A program made the position numbers and the translations under genes. A stretch of DNA of 64,000 nucleotides from Eledone cirrhosa (taxonomy: Eukaryota), in assembly GCA_964016885.1 (NCBI GenBank), contig OZ024745.1:65968001-66032000 (forward strand), given 5' to 3'. The notes beneath the pieces were generated by a model. That model was not told the DNA's origin and made no database searches. It worked only from the letters and a program-made list of their open reading frames with translations. Position 1 is the stretch's first letter. Each line of letters opens with the position of its first letter. Shown one piece after another: positions 40,282-53,377 of the stretch.

Positions 40282-40782
40282 CCCGTCGAGGTTAACTTTA
40301 CCTATCATCCTTACCGGGTCGATAAAATAAAGTACCAGTAATGAACTGGGTAATTGCTGGCCTTGTGCCAAAAGTATAAACAATTATTTCTCATATAAAG
40401 GGCGGTGGATTGGCAGTATCGGTAAAGGGTCGGACGCCATGCTTTGACGCATAGAGTTACGTCCCTTGCCATTCTGAGTTTAAATCCCGCCGAGGTTAAC
40501 TTTGCCTTTCATCCTTACGAGGTCGATAAAATAAAGTACCAGTAATACACTGGTTAATTGCTGGCCTTGTGCCAAAAGTAGAAACAATTATAAAAGGGCG
40601 TTGAATTGGCAGTATTGGTAGAGGGTCAGACACGCTTTCCAGCGTAGTTACGTCCCTTTACGATCTGAGTTCAAATCCCGCTGAGGTTAACTTTGCCTTT
40701 CGTCCTTACAGGGTCGATAAAATAAAGTACCAGTAATGTACTGGGTATTTGCTGGCCTTGTGCCAAAAGTAGAAACAATCAT
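40282..40782 (+). mobile_element. SINE array: truncated unit + two full units (40400-40591, 40597-40782)
   Basis: Same SINE family. atttctcatataa flanks the two full units (40386 and 40781). Confidence 0.9.
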
Positions 40783-40863
40783 TTCTCATATAACCAAACG
40801 TTTTCAGATTTATATATGAACATCTCAAAAAGCAACAAGGAGAAAAATATTTTAAAACAATTT

Positions 40864-41240
40864 TTATGTTATTTTAAACCTCCTGTCGATAGGTTTTGCC
40901 CGTAAAATTTGTCCAGCAATTCTTTGCTGAGAAATTCTAACCACATCCTCGTAATATCGGAGCTTTGATCTCTCAATTAGGAGAAGTAGCAACTCTATCT
41001 GGAGCGATTCTCTGTTCACTGAGCTACGCACTTTATCGAGTAATGTTACTGCAAAGACCCTTTGGAGAAATACTATTTCGGACTCTTGTATTTGAGATCG
41101 TATTCTTTCGTTCATTATCAAAGATTCAAGACCATAGGTAAGGGTTGGCACAAATACCGAATTGAAGATAGCGAGTTTGGCTTTTACACCTACGTCAATT
41201 CTTCTGATTACCGAATGCTGATGTGGCGCATTGCTGCTAG
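40864..41240 (-). mobile_element. RTE relic (same family as 32.2 kb)
   Basis: PTLTYGLESLIMNERIRSQIQ...FLQRV...LRYY. Confidence 0.85.
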
Positions 41241-41588
41241 TTTAGTAATAGTCAAGGTTCTTTCGTCAAAGGTTGTAATCCTATCTATACTCTTTGCCCT
41301 TTGTGCCTTCATGCTTTCTGTTGGTGTTTCTCTTTCAAGATCCCATGGCAATGTTGTAATGCGTGCATGTGCGCACTTATTTGCGTGTGTCAGATTGTTT
41401 TACCACATTTATGCTGCATATATACATGTGCACGTACGTACATATCTACATATCTACATATCTACACACACCAGTATTCATTCACCAGCACGAATGTACA
41501 TACTCAATACATAAGTAGCTATATACTTATACCTACTTACATATGTATATGTATATATATACACACACACACAACTCTATATTTTATG

Positions 41589-41619
<31 letters not shown>

Positions 41620-41728
41620 CTGGGTGTGTGTGATGTGTGGGTGTGCGTGCTTGTGTGTGTGCTTGTGTGTGTCCGTGTGTGTGCGTGCGTGTGTGTGCGT
41701 GCGTGTGTGTGTGCGTGTGTGTGTGTTT

Positions 41729-41787
<59 letters not shown>

Positions 41788-41792
41788 CGTGC

Positions 41793-41885
<93 letters not shown>

Positions 41886-42294
41886 AGACTGTAAATATAT
41901 ATGCCTTTTGCTATAGAGGAAGAGTCGGACAACATTGTTGCCAGCAAAATGACAGAGTAAAATAATTTTGGCTTCAGTTTTCAAGAGCAATTATTCAAAA
42001 GAATATGAAATAAATTGCTTGGCCGTCTGAAAATCAATAATCTATTGGATTTCAAATAGTTTCTTGGAAAGAACAGATTCTATTCATTATTAATCGAGAA
42101 TACTAATTTCACACGCTGAAATATTTCATAGTAAATAAAATAAATAGAATTTGAAAAAAAATGTAAAAAAATGAATCCGATATACAGATTTTTTTTCACG
42201 ATTATCATTATGCTGAGAAGAAAATTGTGATTCTTTCTAAAATTACCTTAGTTTTTCTGTTTTGATGATTTTTTTATTGAATTGACTCACATGT

Positions 42295-42351
<57 letters not shown>

Positions 42352-42796
42352 TACACATAACACCTTCACGCATATGCATACATCCGTACACATATATATA
42401 CGTACACATATATATACATACATAAATATATGCATAGATACAAGCATACATATGTACACACACACATACGTATACAGAGATATGCACAGCCACATACAAT
42501 GCACTAACACGTATGTGTGTGGTTGTGAGTGTTTGTGTGTTATATGAGCAAAAATGTTGAGACATACACAGAAAAAGAAAAAATCATATTCATACACACA
42601 TATTTATATGAAGCTGAATTTCTATGTATTACTATTTTCTTCGTGGGAAAGGTCAGATAACTAGTTCAGATTTATGTATAACGAATGCAATGTCCTCGCA
42701 CAAGCAGATCCTATCAAATAATTTGACGGTTCTTCTGTCTAGGTTGCAGCTATATGATAACAAGGAATTCGGTAGCTTCTGACCTATTGATTCGTC

Positions 42797-42834
<38 letters not shown>

Positions 42835-42895
42835 ATGTATATATAGATATATATATGTGTGTGTGTATAAATATTTATATATATATATATAAATA

Positions 42896-42977
<82 letters not shown>

Positions 42978-43198
42978 GATACATATATATGTATATATAT
43001 AGACACATTTATATGTGTCTATATACATATATACTTATACATATGTATATACTTACATACATGAACATACACATTCACATGTGCAAAGCTATGGACACAT
43101 GATCAGTGTGGTATACTGAAATAATTAGGTGATTCGGGTCCTAGGACATACGCCCTCAGTTAGGGGACCCAACTAAGGTTGATGATGCGTTTGTACAA

Positions 43199-43244
<46 letters not shown>

Positions 43245-43245
43245 C

Positions 43246-43332
<87 letters not shown>

Positions 43333-43486
43333 CATTATATATATATATATATATATATATATAGGAGGTGAGTTTTATTGTAGTACAATAAAGCAATGCA
43401 GATATCGGATAAGAAGCACTCTACAGTTTGTAGGACTGGAGTATACATAATATAAGATCAAAAGATGGTTAAAGGAGTTCCATGTA

Positions 43487-43553
43487 TTTTATTATGCGCA
43501 TTTCAAAAACAAACATCATCATGCAATAATATTTGTCTTTTCATCAGATAAAA
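43487..43553 (-). ncRNA. Type I hammerhead ribozyme, canonical core, 16-bp helix II
   Basis: Minus strand: ttttat-CTGATGA-aaagacaaatattatt-gcat-gatgatgtttgttttt-GAA-ATGCGCAT-A-ataaaa. Helix II pairs fully using four G-U wobbles. Confidence 0.88.
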
Positions 43554-44583
43554 CAGGAGAACATGATATGAAGGCTAAAAAACACTTGTGGATAGTGCAG
43601 TTTTAAATCAACATATGAAAAGTGGTTTTAGATTGATGTGTGATATTGGGAAAAATATTTTATTTAGAGAGGGGGTGGTGGAAAGGATGAAAAAGGGGAG
43701 GAGATGAGAGGGAGAGATGGGTGATAGAGAGAAAGAGATAGTTTTTATAACTGAGAGAAGATATATTGTTTTACATAGAGAGGTTGAAAACCGTTGGAAG
43801 ATAATGTATAAATTAAAAGAATTTGAAAATTAACGAAGGGAAGATATGTACGAGGAAAAAATATTTTATTTAGGGAGGGGGGGGTGGAAAGGATTAAAAA
43901 AGGGGGAGGAGATGAGAGTGAAGGTGGAGAGGGAGAGATGGGTGATAGAGAGAAAGAGATAGTTTTTATAACTGAGAAAAGATATATTGTTTTACATAGA
44001 GAGGTTGAGAACCGTTGGAAGATAATGTATAAATTAAAAGAATTTGAAAATTAACAAAGGGAATTTATGTATGAAGATAGAGAGAAAAAATAATAATTGT
44101 GGATGAATATTCTAACGTCAAAAAAAGTGTATGTTGATAAGTATTGTGGCAATTTCAAAATTAACGAAGAGAAAAAATTATTAAGGTTTGTGTGTAGAAG
44201 GATTTGAGAAAAATATGTGAAGTTAAAGTTTGTATATTGAAGGAATTGATAATATGTGCGAATAAAGAGTTAATATGTATTAAGAATGAGTTCGTTGATG
44301 GGGAGAAAAAAATAATAAATTAAGGATGAAATTGAGATTAAAAAGTTTTATGATAGAGAGAAAAAATAATAATAATTGCGGATGAATATTCTAACGTCAA
44401 AAAAACAAATGTATATGTTATGAAGGATTTTACAAGGTGAAGATAGAAAGAGGGTAATGAGTAAACAAGTATTATAGAGTGTATAATGCCCTTTGAAGTA
44501 AGGTAGGAAGATGGGTATATTTTAAAGAGGTGTATGTATATGTGCCTTTGAGAAAAGATTCTAAATTGATAAAGAATTGAATA

Positions 44584-45438
44584 TTAACTGTATACTTTGT
44601 GAAAAGTCCTATGGAATTTATGCAGGCAGATAGAAAACAAATCTGTACGTCTATTTATTATAGAATCTAGATTAGAGATAATGGTAAATTTTTCATTTAG
44701 GCAGAGATTACAGATTTTAGATAGAGAGCTGTTCACGTATGAGGATGCAGAAGAAACCTTCTTCCAAAAGATGGTATATTTAATGTTTTTGTCTTTCAAG
44801 GACCATATGAGTTCTGAGAGAGCCGTGTTGGTTCTTTTAAGTTTGTATTTGAAAGATGAATGGTGATTATAGAGACGAGCTTTAAAAGAGGTGGAAGTGG
44901 AGCCAAAATAGGTGAAGGAATTGGTGCTAGTTATAACTTTACATTCATAAATTAAGTTTTTATCGAGACAATGGTTGTTGAGAGGACATTTATTTTTAAT
45001 GCGGCAGTTGCAATTAGAGAGATTATTAATGAGTGATCTAGTGTTATCTATAGAAGGAATTGGATTGGAGAAGTTGTTTGCGATAGGAATAATAGGAATA
45101 ATAGTTTCTTGATTTAGAGTTGGATTATGAACATTTAGCGAAGTTGTGTTTGACGTTGTATTTGGGTTTACAGAAGTTAGCCTAGGGTTTACAATGACGT
45201 CGGGAGTACTATTACTGTTATTATGAAATTCAATGTTGGAAGGAAGAGATTTAGTATTTAGTATTTTATTGTTGTGTTTAGAGATGATGTTGGAAATATT
45301 GGAGGATGTAGAATAAGAAAATTTGATGGTGTGTTTGTTAAATATTTTACTATAGATATGTGAGGGAGGGAAGCATTTATTTAAGGCACTAAAAAATAAT
45401 TTAGGAATATTGTTATTAATAGAGATGGAGAAAGGGTG
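44584..45438 (-). pseudogene. PLE C-terminal linker and GIY-YIG endonuclease, uninterrupted frame of about 285 codons without ATG
   Basis: Manual translation: IFNKHTIKFSYST...CNCRIKNKCPLNNHCLDKNLIYECKV...YFGSTSTSFKARLYNH...TALSELIW...CNLCLNEK...CLHK. Confidence 0.9.
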
Positions 45439-45689
45439 GATGAACTTGCCTGTAGAACAATAGGGGTGTGAGTGGAGCGGTCAAGCGTTGAAAGAGATAT
45501 GTATACAGCAGATTCTAAGGATAAGGTATGAAGTGGAGGAGATAGGTTATAGAATAGGTAAATCGAATGAGAGTAGGAGACAATAAAAGATAATAGAAAG
45601 AAAAAAAAATATATATAAAATTAGATAGTGAGAAATGAATACAAAAATCACAATGCTATCTTACAATAACAGGTTAAATTTATACCGGT

Positions 45690-46765
45690 TAAATCCGGCG
45701 GTGGATTGTACCGGGATAATGGGCTCTTCAACCTCAAAGTGTACAACTCCAGTAGTACAGACCGGGTCCGTAAACAATTAATAAACTTCTTCCGGGACTG
45801 GGGATTTTAAATCACCCTACAAACGTCCCTAATCCGAGTCAATTTCCTGGACGTTACACTTAACCTCGAAAATGATCTGTACTACCCATACAGGAAAACA
45901 AACGATAATCTGCACTACATCCACCGCCGCTCTAACCATCCTAGAAACATCACCAATAACCTGGTTAAAAACATCTCCCTCCGCATATCTCGTTTGTCCG
46001 CTAATGAGCAGATATTCGACGAACTCGCGCCTCATTACAACCAGGCCCTCAAGCGGAGTGGCTTCCGGGAAGAAATATCCTTTTATCCAGCTTCCCTTAG
46101 CGGATCCAGCAGGCGACACCGGCGCTCACGCAACGTAACGTGGTTCAATCCTCCCCATAATGCCGAGGTGGCAACACCTATCGGGAAAATCTTCTTTAGA
46201 CTCCTCGAAAAACACTTCCCACTACCACAATATAATCAAACTCTCCTACAGCACCACACCTAACTTCGCACAAAACATCGTCTCCTCAAACAACAAAAAA
46301 CTCAACCCCTATAGAAGAAATAACTTAGACATCAGTGGAGAGCCGACCAGGAGGTGTGACTGCCCTGATAAATCTACGTGCCCCCTCAACAACAAATGCC
46401 GAGAACGTAACGTGATCTACCAGTGCAACGTGAGGATGGACACCTCCAACAATGTTTATATAGGATTAACCGCGTGTGATTTCAAGACCCGGCTCTACCA
46501 ACACCTACATACTTTCCGAAATCCGGTCCGGCGACATGCCACTACACTTTCGGGCCACATCTGGGACCTCCAAGATAATAATAAAACCTACAATCTCACT
46601 TGGAGCTTACTGTCCAAAGCTAACTCTTACACGGGAAGACGCCGCCCGTGTAACTTATGCTCGGAGGAAACATTACAAATGCTGTTTTGAAGGACCAACT
46701 CCTAAACAAGAAAGAGGAACTGGTAACCGCATGCAAACACAGATTGCGTAGGACTTACCTCATAA
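45690..46765 (+). pseudogene. PLE RT C-half + GIY-YIG, frameshifted
   Basis: GLYRDNGL, VNFLDVTLNL, SNHP, WFNPP, KLSYST, CDC...CPLNNKC...VIYQC...VYIGLT...FKTR, CNLCSEE, CKH. Confidence 0.9.
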
Positions 46766-47438
46766 CGACCCGGGTGGGTATACAAGGAATGATACCCACC
46801 TACTTGCCGATTAAGTTAGGGGAAACTCCAGCTTACTTTGGTAGATGTATCTCTTTTCTTTTCTTTTCCTCTTTGTCTTCTTCCCCCTGTCTCATCCTAT
46901 CACTTCCTTCCACCCCCTATTTACTTCCTCGTCTGCTTTTCCCCTTTGCCTACCCCGATGCAGCCCATCGGGCCTCTGTAGCATCAGTTCCCCCACCCCT
47001 GTAATTTTAAGATAGAATTGGCCGAATACGTTTTACTAACTACTTATAGCAGACGTGTTAAACCCCTTTAATTCTGTATCAGTTCTGGTACTACTCAATT
47101 TCTACAATTTTTTTCTATTCTCAACTTATTAACCTGTTATTGTAAGATAGCATTTTATATTTTTTTTTATTTCTTTCTATTATCTTTTATTGTCTCCTAC
47201 TCTCATTCGATTTACCTATTCTATAAACTCCCTCCCTCCTCCACTACATACGTTTTCCTTAGAATCTGTTGTATACATATCTCTTTCAACGCTTGCCCGC
47301 TCCACTCACACCCCTATTGTTCTACAGGCAAGTTCAGCCACCCCTACCTCCCACCAAATGCCATGATAGACTTATTTGTGTTTACAACAAATTTTAACCA
47401 ATCCTCTTGACAACTACAATCTTCCCATATAAGGAAGT

Positions 47439-47535
47439 ACCCCCTTGAAAAGTTCGGCTATTTATTCGCCAGGCTAAAAATTCTAATTTAGTCCAGAAAT
47501 AGCCGTCTAAACGGCTTGAGCTCTGCCGTGGGGGT
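47439..47535 (+). ncRNA. Hammerhead-like fold with non-canonical core (UUGAAAA / UAAA)
   Basis: acccc(c)-TTGAAAA-[cggctattt/aaatagccg plus inner ggctaaa/tttagtc]-TAA-ACGGC-loop-GCCGT-g-ggggt, at the PLE 3' end. Confidence 0.5.
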
Positions 47536-47545
47536 CATACTTTTT

Positions 47546-47638
<93 letters not shown>

Positions 47639-48360
47639 CTTGCTTAGTTTAACTGGGTGGTTATTCAATTGTCATATTTAATTGTTATTTCGTTACACAC
47701 TCTGTGGCCTTATTAATGACAATTTTTGTACACCTGTGTCCCCGTCTTGAAGACACACAAATCTAATTATATAGAACAGTTTCTGGATATGTTCAAATGC
47801 TGTGGGGAAAATTTGGATCTGACATTTTCTGCTGATTCATTCTCTGAGAGAATAACATAACATATTTTCAATTAGGTATTTAGGTAGTACTCAGAATATA
47901 TAAGGAAAATTAAAGGTGAGAGAAACGAGTAAATATACGGAGCGACGTTATTTTATACAATCCTTACATGAAATAGATATGTTATATAGTTATAATTAGG
48001 TCTAGTTTTTAACTGTTTGCTTGAATCATTATATAAACTAGACATTTTATTGTAGTGTAAAAACGTTTTAAAGATATTTCTGTCCTCATTTAACCAGAGG
48101 AACAGAGACTGTGTCCATAATCTTATCAGTCTCTCTAAACCTGATAACGTAGATGTAATTAATATTCGGAGATTTGGAACACTTACACGGCATACAGTAG
48201 CTAATTTGAAATATATAAAGTACTTTCTTCCGTTCTCTGCTTAAAGCAATTTCGCTTTGCATGGTTAGTTTCACTTTTCTGACCTTTAATTTTTCCTATA
48301 AATTTGCAGTAATACCTAAAGCTATAATTGAAAAAAATTATTGTTTTTTTTTTCTTTCAG

Positions 48361-48445
48361 AGTAATAGCCAGTTAGAAAATGCCGGATCACAATTCTTCC
48401 CACGGAATTCAAAAGCGTCCAAAATATTATGTGGAGGAAAACCAG
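48361..48445 (+). CDS. Candidate host exon (unidentified)
   Basis: Strong acceptor ttttttttttctttcag at 48360; ATG at 48380 gives MPDHNSSHGIQKRPKYYVEENQ; possible donors at 48446 or 48455. No homology recognised. Confidence 0.25.
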
Positions 48446-50081
48446 GTGAATGAGGTGCGCGTGCCTGGAAGCAGTTGGCATATTTCTAACTAAGGAGAGA
48501 AGAAAATATAGTAATTTTTTACGAGAGATGGGAGATAGTATAAGCTAATGAAACGGAGTTGAAATAATACAGCTGGAATTTTCTAAACTCTGCTTCACTA
48601 ATATACTTGTGGATTTAGTAGTTGTAAAGTGTTGGTGAGTGAAGGTTTGCTTATCAATCTGTCGGTATTCTTTGCATGTCAATTATATGCACTTGCATGT
48701 GCGTGTGTGTGTGTGTGTGTGTGTTGATGAAGGAGTGGGTGTATGCGTCTGTGTACATGTGGGTGTAACAGCTGTTAAGTCAAAAGTGTATGAACAGTAA
48801 TCCAATACGTGAAGCACTTGTGCATCAGCACCTGATTTACGCAGATATAATTCATATCACTAGAGAAAAAATTGACTTTGTATGGTATCTTAGTTAATTT
48901 ATATGTGTGTGAAGAGGCATTAATAATACAGAAGGAAACTATTTTAGTGTTATTTGCTATTCTTATTTTAAGATCGCAATAGGTGACCAATAGTGTCTCT
49001 GGATACAGGTTTCAAATTTATCAATCACCGGTTCGCAGATTTTCTGACAGTGACAGATACAAATGAGTGTTCATAGATCGATGTAAAGTATCTAAAGGTG
49101 CCTATAATGTAATGTATTTTCGATTGTCTTGCCGGCTTGCCCCGTCTTTCAAACTGGATATTTGTCACTTTGTATTCCTGATATTCTGTCGCCATCGAAC
49201 CTCTTTTCTTCCCTCTCACTCGTCACTTCTATTTCTCTCAATCTCTTTCATTCTACTCCTCTGTCATTCTGCTTAAATAACTTGCTGAAATCATATTCTT
49301 TCTGAAAATTATTAAAGCTCCTGGGGTTTAAATAAAAGTGTCACTATACACCAGTTCTATTTTTCTTTCTTATCAATCTCAAGACACATTTTTAATAAAA
49401 ATAACTCTATACATAATACAGTTTAAAAAGTAACAACTTGTAAATTCAATTGTACAATATTGAATGTAAATATTTTTTTTCACAGTGACTTAACTAGATA
49501 CAAGTATATATTTATGAGAATGGCTACCACCTGACTGTATATTTCTAGAGATATTATTGATTCACTATCTCCGACATATTTGGAGAACAAAACTTTGCGA
49601 GTAACCACTCAATATTGTATTGATTTTGTTCAGTCAATGCTGCATTCTAATGCTTTTTTACATGAACAAACGCATAACAAACACCAGACTAATGATAACA
49701 ATGACATTAGCTTTGTTGAAGTTGAATTTCGTCATGTTGAGAACTTTTGAAATGATTTGTAAATTTACAGAGAATTTTTAACTATTGTAAAGTCTTTAAA
49801 ACGTATTTATTATTCATTATTGAATTAATGAAGAACATGGCCGGACTAAATTTACATTAAATAAAAGATGCCTTCACATCAATATGACAAACTGTCTTGA
49901 TGTAGTCCATACATGAAATCTATGAAGTCATGTAAGGAAACTTACTGATTACATGACACATTTTGGTTGCAGAACTCTTTGTATTAAATTATAAAAGAGA
50001 TTGTTTTTATCAAACAGTATATAGATTGTTTGCACACAAACACTCACACACACATACACATGTACATTCATATATACATAC

Positions 50082-50114
<33 letters not shown>

Positions 50115-50189
50115 TATTATACATATGTATATATATGTATATATATATATATATGTATATATATGTGTATACATATGTATATATATATG

Positions 50190-50221
<32 letters not shown>

Positions 50222-50272
50222 TATTATACATATGTATATATATATAAATGTATATATATATGTATCTATATA

Positions 50273-50343
<71 letters not shown>

Positions 50344-50683
50344 AGTGTAATTTTCTACACAAAACGAAGGTTATAGAGAAAATTGAGGTTGGTAATGGCA
50401 CATGGAATATATAAGAGACAGAATACTTTTTTGTGAAAAAACATATAATTTTATAAGGTAAGGAAATAATAAAGGGTATAAAAAATGACCGATTTCGATG
50501 GGTCTGCAAAAGCCATCTTTTCAAATGTTGATTAATATTAAGAAAAATTAATAATACGAAGAGTTAAAATTTGAGATTTGAAAATTAAAGTATAAAATTC
50601 ATTGTGAGATTTCATAGTAGTTTTCATCTAGGTAGCAACAAGTTGACTGCTGTGTCCCTTTCTGGTAATTTATTATACATATG

Positions 50684-50744
<61 letters not shown>

Positions 50745-51188
50745 GTTTACATATACATAAAGTCATAGATATATATGTTTTGCAACCGGTCACGTTGTGG
50801 TTCAATGAAGAATTAATAAATTAAATAATCAGAGCAATATATCATAAATCATGTCCTTCGAATCACTAGATAACATATATACCAGTTCCTCTCCCAATTA
50901 GCATAATTAACCATATAAAAAATCAATTAGACCAAGCTATAAGAATAAAGGCTCCTATGAAGAAATGTTCGACAAATAACCGAAAGCGGCCTCTTCGCGG
51001 TGGCCACGATAGAGTATTTATCCAACATTTCAACAGCATGTAGAAACCGACCAAATATACCGTCAACCATACACAGTTAGATGTAAATTCAAACTTAGAA
51101 GAAATGTGTACATACCGTAATTATCTCTACCATGGTTTCGTCCGTATTTTAAGACATCCAATAACAGGAAATGTCCAGAGTTTATATA

Positions 51189-51224
<36 letters not shown>

Positions 51225-51259
51225 GTATAATATGTACACACACACACAGACACATTTTA

Positions 51260-51742
51260 AAATTCTTATAATTTATTTCTTATCTATAACTTTTACAAGT
51301 AGTGAATGTGAAAAGAAAGCGTATATCATGGAGTGCTATGTGTGATTCAATATGTGCACCACCATTCGCCACCAGCTTCTCAAGTCACCCGGGAACAGCA
51401 TCAACTGATTTCACCAGGAACGTTTGTGAGATGGAACACTTAACTTCTCGTATTTGCCCTTGAAGTTCTTGCAAAGTCGTTGGTTTGGTAGTGTAGACTT
51501 GCTCCTTTGACCAACCCCAAAGATTAAAATCGCAGGGTGTTAAGTCAGGGCTTCTGGCTGGCCACTCATGCGTACCACGACAACCCATCCATCTCCCAGG
51601 GAAGTGGACATTCAACCATTCACGAACAATAGCAAAATCAATTCTTCAATATTCTCCCAAATACTGATAACCGGCCAAATTTTATCTTATCGCATGGTGC
51701 GGTACCTTTCGGAATATAATAGGGAGTTACTTTTCAATCACG

Positions 51743-51748
<6 letters not shown>
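51260..51748 (-). mobile_element. Tc1/mariner-superfamily transposon remnant (internally deleted)
   Basis: FPGRWMG...WPARSPDLTPCDFNLWG transposase motif (51385-51615). TA-CAGCGTGATTGAAAAGT TIR-like end at 51748 on the minus strand. Confidence 0.85.
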
Positions 51749-51778
<30 letters not shown>

Positions 51779-51817
51779 CGTTTCTGAATTATTGGCAACA
51801 TGACCCTCCCAGAGTAT

Positions 51818-51924
<107 letters not shown>

Positions 51925-52065
51925 GATGTGTGTGGATGTGTGTGTGTGTATGTGTGTGTGTGGGTGTGTGTGTATGTGTAGAAGAGGCATGCCAAGGGAA
52001 GATGAAAGTGGCTAAACCGGTTTAACAGGAACGGATTCTCTAGGAAACATTCACAGTGCATTCGA

Positions 52066-52225
52066 CATGTGAATGGAGTTCCACTGAAGCAAGTAGATAA
52101 GTTCAAGTATCTCAGGGCTGTGGTCACGAGTGATAGAAGGCAGGTGGCTGAATTAAATACAAATAATGCAATAATCAGAAAAAGCCAAACTCACTACCTT
52201 CAATTTGGTATTCGTGCCAAACTTT
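52066..52225 (+). mobile_element. Short RTE relic
   Basis: catgtgaatggagttccactgaag is identical to 32241; VDKFKYL motif. Confidence 0.75.
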
Positions 52226-53377
52226 TGGGTAACATTTTTCGAGAGGATTCTAGCTAAGGGACAAGATATGGTCATGAATCTCAAATAACATTTTCGGGGA
52301 GGATTCTGGTTGAGAGACAAGATAAATTACGCCCCTGATTCTGTTATGATCTTATCGATTCGTAAAACGCAGGAAAATATGGACTTCAAAAGACTCAAAA
52401 TGTTTGTTCGTTTGATGCATGTAAGTTATATATTGGTCACCCATGACTGAGAAATATTACTGCACAATTTAACAGGCTCTTTAGTTTATAGGTAGTTATA
52501 TGTAACTATTAGGAAAGTGATACACCGGAAATGGATTCAACATTGATCCAAACCTATAGTAGAAGTCACGTGATAAATGATACACGCCATACATTTTGAA
52601 TTAGAATTTGATTGTAGGTTATAGCTAATGTAAAATATCACCATTCACACTGTTTATTTGAGTGAAAAAAAATGAACAGAATCTTAAACGTATATAAGCA
52701 AACATATTCTAAACCGAATAACATTCAAATTGATAAATTGGTGGTTGATTTTATTCATAATCACATTGTATATATGTATTGCGAAAGACATTTTGAAAGA
52801 TTGTTTTTCATACAATGATTGATTTTATTTCTAACGCAAATTCCTTCTGCCGTAAGAGGTATTTGTTATGTTTAATCGCTTTATAAAACAATATCATATA
52901 CATTTGCATATTAATTATATAGACGGTTAACAGTTCTATATCGCTTTCCTATATAATTATACATATTCAGTTTTTTTATTTAAGTCTATTTTAATTAGAA
53001 ATATATATTTAAATGATGATTTGAAACATTTAAATTTACATTTATTTACTATAATGTTTTGTATGTGCTTCTTGTTTTGTCGTTAATTTTTCTTTACTTC
53101 GCACAGATTTTAATAGGAAGAAGTATCGTTTTCATTAATATTTACTTTAAACATATAGACATATGTTATTTTTATAACGAGATTCCCAAGTATATGTCCA
53201 AACAGTGGCGGACTAGGTCTAAAAGTATTGGTTGCCAGATGAAGGGGGCCCACCTACATAGAGAATGCTATCATTTAATTTTTATAATGAATAAATAACA
53301 TTTTCGAAATATACATAAGTGGAAACAAAACAATGCAATAAAAAGTATGTATTTTGCGAAATCCAGAGACTTTCAAT

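Larger units (their letters stand above)
43363..45440 (-). mobile_element. Penelope-like element A, 5'-truncated (GIY-YIG + long 3'UTR)
   Basis: Open frame encoding an endonuclease. The 3'UTR has an internal duplication of about 220 bp (43650-43860 / 43855-44070) and an HHR, and ends in (TA)n. Confidence 0.9.
45434..47547 (+). mobile_element. Penelope-like element B, 5'-truncated with inverted pLTR segment
   Basis: 45434-45677 is the reverse complement of 47129-47343; coding remnant lies between; ends in (TA)n. Confidence 0.9.
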
